NCBI GenBank assembly: GCA_045576415.1 | Contig: JAZNGJ010000139.1 | Location: 50,007 to 114,006 of the forward strand | Direction of reading: 5' to 3' | Source of the DNA: Faecousia sp. | GTDB lineage: Bacteria; Bacillota; Clostridia; Oscillospirales; Oscillospiraceae | DNA length: 64,000 bases | Shown here: one piece after another, positions 11,035 through 20,009 of the stretch | How the letters are laid out: every line of letters begins with the position of its first letter | How positions within the stretch are numbered: position 1 is the first letter of the stretch | Position numbers and translations under genes: made by a program | The notes under the pieces: model-generated | Seen by the model: only the letters and a program-made list of their open reading frames with translations | Databases searched by the model: none | Told to the model about the DNA's origin: nothing

Positions 11035-12258
11035 TCAGAACGCCCAGTTGCCGTTCCGGAATACAGGAACCACCTTGCCATCAGCGCAAACAGCGTCAAT
11101 ATTCATGCTGTCGCAGCCGATCATGAAGTCCTCATGAATCATGGAATCGTTGATGCCCAGCGCGCGGCACTCTTCCAAGGTCTTATTGTGGTGATCCTTA
11201 ATGGTATCGGCAAAGCCCATGCCCAGCGCCAGATGGCAGGCAGCGTTCTCATCAAACAGGGTGTTGTAGAACAGGATACCGCTTTCGCAGATGGGGCTCT
11301 TCTGGGGAACCAGCGCGCACTCGCCCAGATACGCTGCGCCTTCATCCATATGGATCATGGTGTTCAGCAGCTCCTCGCCCTTTTCCGCTTTGGCTTCCAC
11401 AGCCTTGCCGTTTTCAAAACGGATGGAGAAATTCTCGATAAGCTGCCCCTGATAAGAAAGAGGCTTGGTGGAATAGACGATGCCCTCTGCCTTGCCCTTC
11501 ATGGGAGAAATGAAGCACTCCTCGGTGGGAATATTGGGATTAAAGAAGATGCCCTGCCGGGAAACCTCACCGCCGCCGCAGAAGATGGCCTCGGGGATCA
11601 TGCCAACCGTCAGATCGGTGCCGTTTTCGGCAGTATAGTGCAGAGACTCGATACCAAGGCTATTGAGATAATCGCACCGGGCTTTCAGATCGGCATTGTG
11701 CTGTTCCCAAGCCTTCACGGGGTCTTCATTCACCCGTGAAGTGTACAAAATGGCTTCCCACAGCTTTTCCATGGCAACGCTGGTGCGCTCACCGGGGAAT
11801 ACCTTCTTTGCCCAAGCCTTGCCGGGAACGGCAGCGATGCACCACTGCTGCTTGCCCTCCAGCTGGTCGGCATAGGGCTTGAGGATGGGATAGGTCATCT
11901 GGCGAGCCTTGGCCACCTTCTTCATATTCATGCCCTTGAGGCCATCAGGATCCTCGGAGATCAAATGGATCCGGGCAGGCACGGTATCCACCATGTGCTG
12001 GCGGCGGGCCTTCTGCCATTCGGGCACGGTGCCCATGGTCTTGAGGGACTGGTAGCGGACATGGATCTTGCTGAGCGGCTGATAGTTCCACTCCACGATG
12101 ACCTTGCCGGCCTTGGCCTTGTAGGCCTCCTCGACTACCATCTGCACAAATTCCGGCTGGTCAAGGTCCGCATAAACCATGACTTCCTGGCCCTTCTGCA
12201 CATTGATGCCGCAGCGGACGATCAGCTTTGCGTATTCTCTTAAAACAGTCTTTTTCAT
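11035..12258 (-). CDS. Aminopeptidase, M29 (AmpS/PepS) family
   Basis: NIPTEE, LGECALV, NTLFDENAACHLALG, NDSMIHEDFMIG. Confidence 0.92.
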   Translation of the reverse strand: MKKTVLREYAKLIVRCGINVQKGQEVMVYADLDQPEFVQMVVEEAYKAKAGKVIVEWNYQPLSKIHVRYQSLKTMGTVPEWQKARRQHMVDTVPARIHLISEDPDGLKGMNMKKVAKARQMTYPILKPYADQLEGKQQWCIAAVPGKAWAKKVFPGERTSVAMEKLWEAILYTSRVNEDPVKAWEQHNADLKARCDYLNSLGIESLHYTAENGTDLTVGMIPEAIFCGGGEVSRQGIFFNPNIPTEECFISPMKGKAEGIVYSTKPLSYQGQLIENFSIRFENGKAVEAKAEKGEELLNTMIHMDEGAAYLGECALVPQKSPICESGILFYNTLFDENAACHLALGMGFADTIKDHHNKTLEECRALGINDSMIHEDFMIGCDSMNIDAVCADGKVVPVFRNGNWAF

Positions 12259-12383
12259 TGTGTGGTCACTCCTTATGAATTTTTTCTTATAGTAGCAGAA
12301 TTTTCAAATACAGTCAATCTTTGTTGCATTATTTCCACCGCAGAGGTATAATAACCACAAATCATGACGCAAGGAAGAAACTT

Positions 12384-13250
12384 ATGCTTACAAAAGAACA
12401 GCTAGATGAGAAATTCGCCGCCGGGCTTCGCTACCTTGACGGTGCCACCGGCTCTAATTTAAGAAAAATGGGCATGCCAAAAGATGCCTGCACAGAAGAA
12501 TGGGTACTTGCCCATCCGGAAACGCTGATCACGCTTCAGCGCAGCTATGCCGAAGCAGGCTCCCAGATCCTCTATGCCCCAACCTTTCAGGCCCAGCCCA
12601 TTGCACTGGAGCGGGTGCGCCTTGACCGACAGACGGAGGCCGTAAACGCCCAGCTGGTGGCTCTTTCCAAGGCTGCTGCTCCCGGCTGTCTGATCGCAGG
12701 AGATCTGACCACCCTTGCTGCCTATACAGAAAGCTGGAACCCCGATAATTTTGACTTGCTCGTAGAAAACTACCGCCGGCAGATCCGCGGTCTGATCGAC
12801 GGCGGTGCTGACCTGCTGGTGGCAGAAACACTGATGTATCCTCAGGAAGCGGAAGCCATCTTCACTGCAGCAGAATTAGAGCAGGCAGGCGCCGTGATGT
12901 ACAGCTTTACCATGACCGGCGACGGTTCTCTGTTTTCCGGACCCGATGCAGGACCTGTCCTGCAGGAACTGGAGCGGGCCGGTGCTGCGGCGGTGGGCTT
13001 TAACTGTGTAGCAGCGGATATGATGACACCATATCTCGTCACCAAGCTGCGCCGCTTCGTCCGCGGGCCGCTGATCTGCAAGCCCAACGCAGGAAATCCC
13101 GTGATCAATTCCCAAGGCATGGCGGAATATGCCATGACCCCGGCAGAATTTGCTTCCATCATGGCAGACTGCGCCGCAAACGGTGCAACATTGCTCGGCG
13201 GCTGCTGCGGCACGGATCCTGCCTACATTTCCGCGCTGACTAAGGAATAA
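12384..13250 (+). CDS. Stand-alone homocysteine S-methyltransferase family protein
   Basis: LDGATGS, GFNC, KPNAG, GGCCGT zinc ligands; promoter TTGCAT-17-TATAAT upstream. Confidence 0.85.
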   Translation: MLTKEQLDEKFAAGLRYLDGATGSNLRKMGMPKDACTEEWVLAHPETLITLQRSYAEAGSQILYAPTFQAQPIALERVRLDRQTEAVNAQLVALSKAAAPGCLIAGDLTTLAAYTESWNPDNFDLLVENYRRQIRGLIDGGADLLVAETLMYPQEAEAIFTAAELEQAGAVMYSFTMTGDGSLFSGPDAGPVLQELERAGAAAVGFNCVAADMMTPYLVTKLRRFVRGPLICKPNAGNPVINSQGMAEYAMTPAEFASIMADCAANGATLLGGCCGTDPAYISALTKE

Positions 13251-13391
13251 CCGGACTGGCAGCAGCTCTTTTGAGCCGCTGCTTTTTCCGTCTCACAGAA
13301 AAATACTGTTGAATTATGGTGCCGCCGGGAGTATAATATAGAAAAATGCAGAAATGCTAGTATTGCCTTTCCCGGACAGGAGGTTTTCCAT

Positions 13392-14858
13392 ATGCCCGAA
13401 GAATATACCAACCCTCAACGCCGCCCCAGAAAGCGGAAGCGCCGTTCCAAATTCCAGCGCTTTATGCACCGCTATTTTCCCTCTTTGATGCTGGTCGTGC
13501 TTTCCGTTTGCTGTGTCAGCGCTGTTGTTTTCACCATCAGTACCATCTCAAGCATGGTGCAAAACCGGCCTACCGATCCCCAGCTGAACACCCCCTCCAC
13601 AACCACCGCACCTACAGACAACGCGGTAACCGCGCAGGTAGAAGCATTGATCCAAAAGGCGGACAAGCTGGCCGCCGGCTATGACTACACCGGTGCCATC
13701 TCCCTTCTGGAAGGCTTCCAGGGCTACGAAACCCAGACCGCGATCACCGAAAAGATTGCGGAATATACCGCAGAAGACAAGAATCTGGTCTCCTACCCTG
13801 ACCTTGACAACATCACCCATATTTTCTTCCACTCTCTGATCGTGGATCCTTCCCGAGCCTTTGACGGTGATATTGAGCAGGATGGCTACAATCTGTTTAT
13901 GGTCACCATCAACGAGTTTGAAAAGATCCTGCAGAGCATGTATGACCGGGGGTTCGTTCTGGTTTCGCCTTACGACATCGCATACGAGATCAGCGACGAA
14001 AGCGGAACCCGCTTTGTCTACGGAAACATTCGCCTGCCAGAGGGAAAAACACCCTTCCTCATGAGTCAGGACGATGTAAACTACTACGGCTATATGATCG
14101 GCAGCGGCAGCGGCAAGGATGAGACACCCATCTTCGCAAGCACCGACGGCGACGGCTTTGCCAGCCGCATCGTTATCGGCGAGGACGGCTATCCCACTTG
14201 TGAATACATGGATAAGGACGGCAATGTCACCGTCGGCGACTATGATCTTGTCCCCGTTCTTGAAAAGTTCATTCAGTCTCATCCCGATTTCTCCTACCAC
14301 GGCGCAAGAGCCATTCTGGGCGTTACCGGCTATGAAGGCGTATTCGGCTACCGCACCAAGCCCTCTTACGAAACTGCGCTCGGCACTGCCGCTTATCAAA
14401 AAGAGGTGGAAGATGCCAAGAAGGTTGCCGATTGTCTGAAAGAACACGGCTGGATCCTTGCCAGCCACTCCTACGGTCACCCGCGCTACGGCGATTTGAC
14501 TCCCGAACGGGTGGAGGCTGACTCTACAAAGTGGGAAAATACCTGTGAGTATATCGTAGGCGAGACGGATATCATCCTCTTCCCCCACGGCTCCGACATT
14601 GGCTCTTTCCGCAATTACACCACGGAAAACGAAAAGTTCAATGTTCTTTACGAGGACGGTTACCGCTATTTCTTTAACGTTGACTCCAAGATCGCGTGGA
14701 CTCAGATCGGCGAGACCTACTACCGGGGCTCTCGCCGGAATGTGGATGGCTACCGCATGTTCCACCACCCCGAAAAACTTTCTGACCTGTTTGATGTCAG
14801 CGAGGTATTCGATCCTGTAAGACCCACCCCCGTTCCTCCCTTAAGCGGCGGCATGTAA
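13392..14858 (+). CDS. Membrane-anchored polysaccharide deacetylase family protein
   Basis: Basic N-tail and TM helix; HIFFHSL, SQDD, ASHSYGH, FPHG motifs. Confidence 0.8.
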   Translation: MPEEYTNPQRRPRKRKRRSKFQRFMHRYFPSLMLVVLSVCCVSAVVFTISTISSMVQNRPTDPQLNTPSTTTAPTDNAVTAQVEALIQKADKLAAGYDYTGAISLLEGFQGYETQTAITEKIAEYTAEDKNLVSYPDLDNITHIFFHSLIVDPSRAFDGDIEQDGYNLFMVTINEFEKILQSMYDRGFVLVSPYDIAYEISDESGTRFVYGNIRLPEGKTPFLMSQDDVNYYGYMIGSGSGKDETPIFASTDGDGFASRIVIGEDGYPTCEYMDKDGNVTVGDYDLVPVLEKFIQSHPDFSYHGARAILGVTGYEGVFGYRTKPSYETALGTAAYQKEVEDAKKVADCLKEHGWILASHSYGHPRYGDLTPERVEADSTKWENTCEYIVGETDIILFPHGSDIGSFRNYTTENEKFNVLYEDGYRYFFNVDSKIAWTQIGETYYRGSRRNVDGYRMFHHPEKLSDLFDVSEVFDPVRPTPVPPLSGGM

Positions 14859-14870
14859 GACCAATATACC

Positions 14871-14912
14871 AAAAGCCGACAGCATTAGCGCCATGCTCTT
14901 AAGAGAGAATCG
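14871..14912. repeat. Left arm of outer 42-bp imperfect inverted repeat
   Basis: 30/42 ungapped identity to the reverse complement of 15698-15739 (manual alignment). Confidence 0.75.
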
Positions 14913-14925
14913 ATATGAATGTGTT

Positions 14926-14949
14926 GTAGGGCGGGGGCTTGCTCCCGCC
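14926..14949 (+). repeat. GTAG-type REP element, copy 1
   Basis: GTAGGGCGGGGGCTTGCTCCCGCC: GTAG tetranucleotide plus a GC-rich imperfect palindrome. Confidence 0.8.
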
Positions 14950-14965
14950 GCTAACCCAATAAGCA

Positions 14966-14994
14966 ACCGCAGCACCCTCGACGGATGCTGCGGT
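14966..14994. terminator. Hairpin downstream of the XRE gene
   Basis: ACCGCAGCA...TGCTGCGGT. Confidence 0.55.
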
Positions 14995-15019
14995 AAACTT
15001 TTCAACAAATTAGAATTGG

Positions 15020-15400
15020 TCAATATTTTATGATGTAGTATAGCACATAGAACCAGTTCAATATACCATGGAGAATCGCCCAGCCGATGGACTCCCATTT
15101 GACATAGGAGATAACCACAGCGAGAATTGCTCCAATGCTGACAGCGTCTTGGACACCCTTTACGGGGTCAATCTTAATCGCAAAATGGAAATGAGGTTTT
15201 CCCTTGCCGTAGATAATGCGCTCAACGGAAACATCAAAAACAGTTGCCAACTGCGTGAGTGTATCGACATCAGGCTGCGTTTTCCCATTTTCCCAGTTTG
15301 ATACTGCTTGGCGTGTTACATGGAGTTGTTCTGCCAGTTGTTCTTGCGATAGTTGCTTTTCTTGACGGAGCTTTTTTATGCTGTTAGCTACTTCGCTCAT
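15020..15400 (-). CDS. XRE-family HTH regulator with C-terminal membrane segment
   Basis: IKKLRQEKQLSQEQLAEQLHVTRQAVSNWENGKTQPD followed by hydrophobic GAILAVVISY...WFYVLYYIIKY. Confidence 0.88.
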   Translation of the reverse strand: MSEVANSIKKLRQEKQLSQEQLAEQLHVTRQAVSNWENGKTQPDVDTLTQLATVFDVSVERIIYGKGKPHFHFAIKIDPVKGVQDAVSIGAILAVVISYVKWESIGWAILHGILNWFYVLYYIIKY

Positions 15401-15551
15401 AATAATCACCTCGCCATTAGTGTAGCAATGCTATTGTGTAAAAGCAAGCAACGATTCATTGCATAGGGAGAAACAGTCCAAATTCAAGTTTTTCGAATTG
15501 ATTATATTACGGGTACCAAATATTTTCAACATCCCGGAGTGAAGGCTTTTT

Positions 15552-15575
15552 GGCGGGAGCAAGCCCCCGCCCTAC
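15552..15575 (-). repeat. GTAG-type REP element, copy 2 (inverted)
   Basis: Exact reverse complement of 14926-14949. Confidence 0.8.
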
Positions 15576-15660
15576 GATAAGCGCGCACGGCAAGCAGAGC
15601 ATCCGGCTGTCCATGGGATTCATTTATCCGGGCAGTTGCCCAGACCCACTTAGATACGAA

Positions 15661-15689
15661 AACTGGCAGATCAAAACGATCTGCCAGTT
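15661..15689 (-). terminator. Hairpin, probable recR operon terminator
   Basis: AACTGGCAGATC-AAAAC-GATCTGCCAGTT perfect 12-bp stem. Confidence 0.7.
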
Positions 15690-15697
15690 GCTTTACG

Positions 15698-15739
15698 CGA
15701 TTCTCCGCTAAGGACACAACGCTTTCGCCGTCGGCTTTT
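15698..15739. repeat. Right arm of outer 42-bp imperfect inverted repeat
   Basis: Partner of 14871-14912. Confidence 0.75.
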
Positions 15740-15745
15740 TCATTC

Positions 15746-16345
15746 TTAAATTTCCTGTCTGCCCTCCAAGGCTCTTGACAGAGTCACTTCATCCGCATAT
15801 TCCAGCTGGCTGCCAACGGGAACACCGTAGGCAAGCCGGGTCACCTTGACCTCCATAGGCCGAAGGAGCCGGGAAATGTACATTGCTGTGGCCTCGCCCT
15901 CAGTATCGGGGTTCGTGGCCATAATGACCTCCCGGACGCCGCCGGATGCCACACGCTGCAAAAGCTCCCGGATCTTGATATCATCCTGCGTCACATGGTT
16001 TAAGGGGCTGATCACGCCGTGCAGCACATGGTACACGCCGGAAAATTCCCGGCTGCGCTCCATGGCGATCACATCCTTGGGTTCTGCCACCACACAGATC
16101 ACGCCCTTATCCCGCATATCGTCATTGCAGATGGGGCAAAGCTCCCGATCCGTCAGATTCTGGCACACCGGGCAGGTATGGACTTCCTGTTTCGCCGCAA
16201 TAATGGCTTCGGCAAAATTCTGGGCATCCTCCTGAGGAAGGGACAGAACATAAAAGGCAAGCCGTTGGGCCGTCTTTCCGCCAATACCGGGAAGACGGGC
16301 AAACTGGTCAGTCAAATTCTGCAAGGCTGCAGGAAAATACTGCAT
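15746..16345 (-). CDS. recR: Recombination protein RecR
   Basis: LPGIGGKTAQRLA, C4 zinc finger, YHVLHG, EGEATA. Confidence 0.97.
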   Translation of the reverse strand: MQYFPAALQNLTDQFARLPGIGGKTAQRLAFYVLSLPQEDAQNFAEAIIAAKQEVHTCPVCQNLTDRELCPICNDDMRDKGVICVVAEPKDVIAMERSREFSGVYHVLHGVISPLNHVTQDDIKIRELLQRVASGGVREVIMATNPDTEGEATAMYISRLLRPMEVKVTRLAYGVPVGSQLEYADEVTLSRALEGRQEI

Positions 16346-16354
16346 AGTGCCTCC

Positions 16355-16699
16355 TTAGAACATGCCGCCCAGATTCAGACCGCCGGTCAGCCGGGACATA
16401 TTGTTGGCAGCGTCAGTATCGGCAGCACGCATAGCTTCATTGACGGCAGCCATCACCATATCCTGCAGCATTTCCACATCATCAGGGTCCACAGCCTCGG
16501 GGTTGATCTCAAGGCCCACCAGCTCGTGCTTACCGTTGACGGTAGCGCTGACCATGCCGCCGCCTGCGGCAGCCGTATAGGTCTTGGCCTCCTGCTCCTG
16601 CTGCATACGGATCATTTCCTGCTGCAGCTTCTGAGCCTGCTTCATCATAGCAGCCTGGTTCATGCCGCCGGGCATACCCCGGAAATTATTCTTTGCCAT
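16355..16699 (-). CDS. YbaB/EbfC nucleoid-associated protein
   Basis: MMKQAQKLQ, GGGMV, DVEMLQDMV; lies between dnaX and recR. Confidence 0.95.
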   Translation of the reverse strand: MAKNNFRGMPGGMNQAAMMKQAQKLQQEMIRMQQEQEAKTYTAAAGGGMVSATVNGKHELVGLEINPEAVDPDDVEMLQDMVMAAVNEAMRAADTDAANNMSRLTGGLNLGGMF

Positions 16700-16717
16700 T
16701 GTTCCTATTCTCCAATC

Positions 16718-18337
16718 TCAGTTATCTTTGATACTAATGATATCTCTGTGCTCTCTTCCAAAGGAAAGCAGCTGCTCCATTCGGGCACTGTTTTCCGGTT
16801 TGGCCGTCCGGTCCACCGCCGTAGCCGTAACCGGGCGATTCAAAATCGCGGAAGCTTTTCTGCCCACCAGAGTTAGAATATCGGGTTTGTTGATCATTTC
16901 CAGTGTAAAATCATTGGCGCACTTCAAAACCACCTTGTTCCCCCGAAGCTCACCCTGTATGGGAGCGTTGGGGGTGGATACAAAGAAGCCGGAAACCGGC
17001 GGTTTCATTTCCTTCCGGATGGCACTGACCAGCTCCGACCAGAATCCCACCGGTGTATCCGCTTCGGTTGCCGCCGATTCCACTGCTTCCGGCGGCGCAT
17101 CCGCGTCCGTAGGCATAGGCGGGCGGTCATCCTCCGGCTCTGCCGCAGGGGCAGGCGCTGCCGGCTGTGTGCAGGTGAATGCGCCGCTTTTGATTCTCTC
17201 TTCCAGCCGTGTCAGTCTTGCGTTCAGACTTTCCGCGTCAAGCTGCAGCTCCGGCTGACACAAAGTGATCAGACACAGCTCTGCGTCCAGACGGCGGCTG
17301 GCGTTGCGGGTAAAGCCTGCCATGGTATCCTCCAGCAGTGTCAGCATCCGCATCAGTTCCCCGCCGGAAAAGCGTCCGGCAAGCTGCTTTGCCTGGGAAT
17401 CCTCGGTCACGCCGGACAGCATGGTAATGCCGGATTCCGGTGCTGTTTTCAGGATCAGCAGATCCCGGGCAAGGCACGCCAGCTCATCCAGCAGCGCGCT
17501 GACATCCTTACCGTCGGAATACAGGCGGTTAAACAGCTGTAAAGCATGTTTGGTATCACGGTCAGCAATATAGCCCATCAGTTCGCCGCATTTCTGCTCA
17601 CCGGCAATACCAAGACAGGCATATACCCGCTGGGCAGTCAATTCCCCGATGGTTGCGGAAGCGCATTGATCCAGCAAGCTCAGACCGTCACGCATACCGC
17701 CGTCTGCCATTCTGGCAAGCACCCGGGCAGCACTGTCATCAAGGTCGATATTCTCCTGATAGGCAACAAACTGCAGCCGGGCAGCGATATCCTCATGGGA
17801 TATGCGGCGGAAAGAGAATCTCTGACAGCGGGAAAGGATGGTTGCAGGCACCTTGTGCAATTCCGTTGTGGCCAGAATAAACAGCAGATGCTCCGGCGGC
17901 TCTTCAATGATCTTCAGCAGGGCATTGAAAGCGGAAATCGACAGCATATGCACTTCGTCGATGATATACACACGCATCTTCACCTGCGAGGGTGTATAAA
18001 TGGCATCATCCCGAAGGTCGCGGACATTGTCAACACCGTTGTTGGAAGCCGCATCGATTTCCAGAACATCCATACAGGCACCGGAATCAATGGTTTTGCA
18101 GGCAACGCAGCAATTGCAGGGATTGCCGTCCTGAGGATTCAGGCAGTTGACCGCTTTTGCAAGAATTTTGGCGCAGCTGGTCTTGCCGGTCCCCCGGGAA
18201 CCGGTAAAAAGATAGGCATGGCTCATCTTCCCGCTGACGATCTGGGTCTTTAAGGTTTGCGTTACCGCCAACTGACCGGAAACATCATCAAAGGTCTGGG
18301 GGCGGTATTTACGGTAGAGCGCTTGATAGGCGGACAT
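16718..18337 (-). CDS. dnaX: DNA polymerase III gamma/tau
   Basis: ALYRKYRPQTF, GSRGTGKT, EIDAASN, DEVHML, SRCQ. Confidence 0.97.
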   Translation of the reverse strand: MSAYQALYRKYRPQTFDDVSGQLAVTQTLKTQIVSGKMSHAYLFTGSRGTGKTSCAKILAKAVNCLNPQDGNPCNCCVACKTIDSGACMDVLEIDAASNNGVDNVRDLRDDAIYTPSQVKMRVYIIDEVHMLSISAFNALLKIIEEPPEHLLFILATTELHKVPATILSRCQRFSFRRISHEDIAARLQFVAYQENIDLDDSAARVLARMADGGMRDGLSLLDQCASATIGELTAQRVYACLGIAGEQKCGELMGYIADRDTKHALQLFNRLYSDGKDVSALLDELACLARDLLILKTAPESGITMLSGVTEDSQAKQLAGRFSGGELMRMLTLLEDTMAGFTRNASRRLDAELCLITLCQPELQLDAESLNARLTRLEERIKSGAFTCTQPAAPAPAAEPEDDRPPMPTDADAPPEAVESAATEADTPVGFWSELVSAIRKEMKPPVSGFFVSTPNAPIQGELRGNKVVLKCANDFTLEMINKPDILTLVGRKASAILNRPVTATAVDRTAKPENSARMEQLLSFGREHRDIISIKDN

Positions 18338-18371
18338 AAGCCCCCTCCTTACTCAGTAAATAATATAGCGG

Positions 18372-18675
18372 CGACCGGCTCATAACAAGATCGCACACCC
18401 ACATTTGAACAAGCCAAATACCCGAAACCTGCGCAGCCAGCTCAGAAACGGCAGCCCCGCGGCACACGAGAAGATCCGCTTAATGCTGCTTGGTTCCCCA
18501 CCTGACATGGTTCACGGGATCTCGTTGCGCAAGACCGTTCCTTCAACACCGCTTACGAGGTCCTGACAGTACTCAAGCTTGCCCGGGTGTAGGAATTCAT
18601 CCCTGCTATAGCGGATTGCAGGCAACAGGGCACCGCTATCTCCCCGACTAGTGCGACCTTGTTACAAGCCGGTCG
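18372..18675 (-). ncRNA. ffs: Large (Bacillus-type) SRP RNA including terminal precursor stem
   Basis: Minus strand carries the Alu-like GGGGAGATAGCGGTGCCCTG...CCGCTA and helix-8 GTCAGGTGG-GGAA-CCAAGCAGC; usual position upstream of dnaX. Confidence 0.9.
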
Positions 18676-18701
18676 GCTGTAATAAGGCTATTTGATTGGG
18701 A

Positions 18702-18923
18702 TTAGTTGATTCTTGTGTCGATAAAGTCAGCCAGTTCGCGAAAGGTGGTGATTTTCTGATCTTCCAAATCCAGCTCGATACCCAGCTCACTTTCCAGATC
18801 CATGATCATCTCCACGATATCCAGGGAGTCGATACCCAGACTTTCAAAGGTGCTGTCGGGCGTGATCTCGGCAGGATCCAGCTCCAGCTGCTTAGCTGCA
18901 TAAGATACTAACTTTTCGTACAT
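18702..18923 (-). CDS. Acyl carrier protein
   Basis: LGIDSLDIVE phosphopantetheine site; acidic, 73 aa. Confidence 0.9.
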   Translation of the reverse strand: MYEKLVSYAAKQLELDPAEITPDSTFESLGIDSLDIVEMIMDLESELGIELDLEDQKITTFRELADFIDTRIN

Positions 18924-18962
18924 AAGGGATTACCTCCACATAAGTAGTTGGAAACTACAAGT

Positions 18963-18991
18963 ATTTTAGTACAGGAACGCCTGTTTGTCAA
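18963..18991 (-). promoter_or_regulatory. SigA-type promoter for acp-ffs-dnaX
   Basis: TTGACA-17-TAAAAT on the minus strand. Confidence 0.7.
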
Positions 18992-19079
18992 CGATTCTTT
19001 TCTGCAGCCGTTTGATTGACTTTTCTCAATCACAATGATACACTATGTACAGAAAAATATACATACTGAGGTGCTCTGT

Positions 19080-19961
19080 ATGAAATTCAACATTTCAACC
19101 ATAAAGAAAAAGCTGATCAAATCCGGGATCTGTCTGGCTGCACTGCTGGTGATTCTGACCGTTTCCAGTCTCACAAACCTCTCCGTATCTTTTGAGGAAT
19201 TCTGGGAGAATTTCAGCATCACAGTGGGCCAGATCTTCAGTCTGTGTATCATGGCGCTGGCCGTGATTCTGAGCAAGGAAATCATTGCCATGCTCCTGAG
19301 CGTCTGTCAGTTTAAAAACCACCGGATGAATACCGTTGTTACGATCCTCAGAAGCATATTGCAATACATTGCATGGCTCGTTATCATCTGCTGGGGACTT
19401 GCCATCCTTGGTGTCGACATTGGAACGATCGTTGCCAGCGTCGGCATTCTGGCACTGATCGTCGGCTTCGGCGCAGAAAGTATGATCGCTGATGTGGTTA
19501 CAGGTCTTTTTATGCTGATCGAGAATCAGTACAATGTCAACGATATCGTAGAGGTCGACGGCTACCGCGGAACTGTAATCGCCATTGGGATCCGCACCAC
19601 CTCCATTAAAGACAGCAGCGGCAACATCAAGGTCATCAACAATGCCTCTATGGTCAATGTTCTGAACCGTTCCGAAAACGGCTCCGTGGCCGTAACAGAC
19701 TTCGCAGTTCCCTACCAGACCGATCTTGCGCAGCTGGAAGCCCAGCTTGGCGACATTCTTCTGGAAATCTACAGCAATCACACGGATGTTATGGAAGACG
19801 CCCCTCAATACGCAGGTGTTCAGTCGCTGACCGATTCCAAAATCATCCTCCGCTTCACCGTTAATGTTATGGAAAAAGATATCTTCCATGTTGCCCGGAT
19901 CATGAACCACGATCTGCTGCTGGCCTTCCGCGCCAGGGGCATCGATTTCCCTAAAAAATAA
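19080..19961 (+). CDS. MscS mechanosensitive channel family
   Basis: GILALIVGFGAE, GTVIAIGIRTT; promoter TTGACT-17-TACACT. Confidence 0.9.
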   Translation: MKFNISTIKKKLIKSGICLAALLVILTVSSLTNLSVSFEEFWENFSITVGQIFSLCIMALAVILSKEIIAMLLSVCQFKNHRMNTVVTILRSILQYIAWLVIICWGLAILGVDIGTIVASVGILALIVGFGAESMIADVVTGLFMLIENQYNVNDIVEVDGYRGTVIAIGIRTTSIKDSSGNIKVINNASMVNVLNRSENGSVAVTDFAVPYQTDLAQLEAQLGDILLEIYSNHTDVMEDAPQYAGVQSLTDSKIILRFTVNVMEKDIFHVARIMNHDLLLAFRARGIDFPKK

Positions 19962-19975
19962 CAGAGAATAGCACA

Positions 19976-20003
19976 TCCCCGCGGCTTTCAAAAGCCGCGG
20001 GGA
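19976..20003. terminator. Terminator between convergent genes
   Basis: TCCCCGCGGCTTT...AAAGCCGCGGGGA. Confidence 0.7.
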
Positions 20004-20009
20004 ATTTCT

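Noticed and set aside
12260-12384. SAM riboswitch or T-box before the homocysteine methyltransferase
   Set aside because: The leader is only about 30 nt after a consensus promoter, leaving no room or motif
16718-18337. Programmed frameshift in dnaX
   Set aside because: No A-AAA-AAG or long A-run slippery site seen on reading
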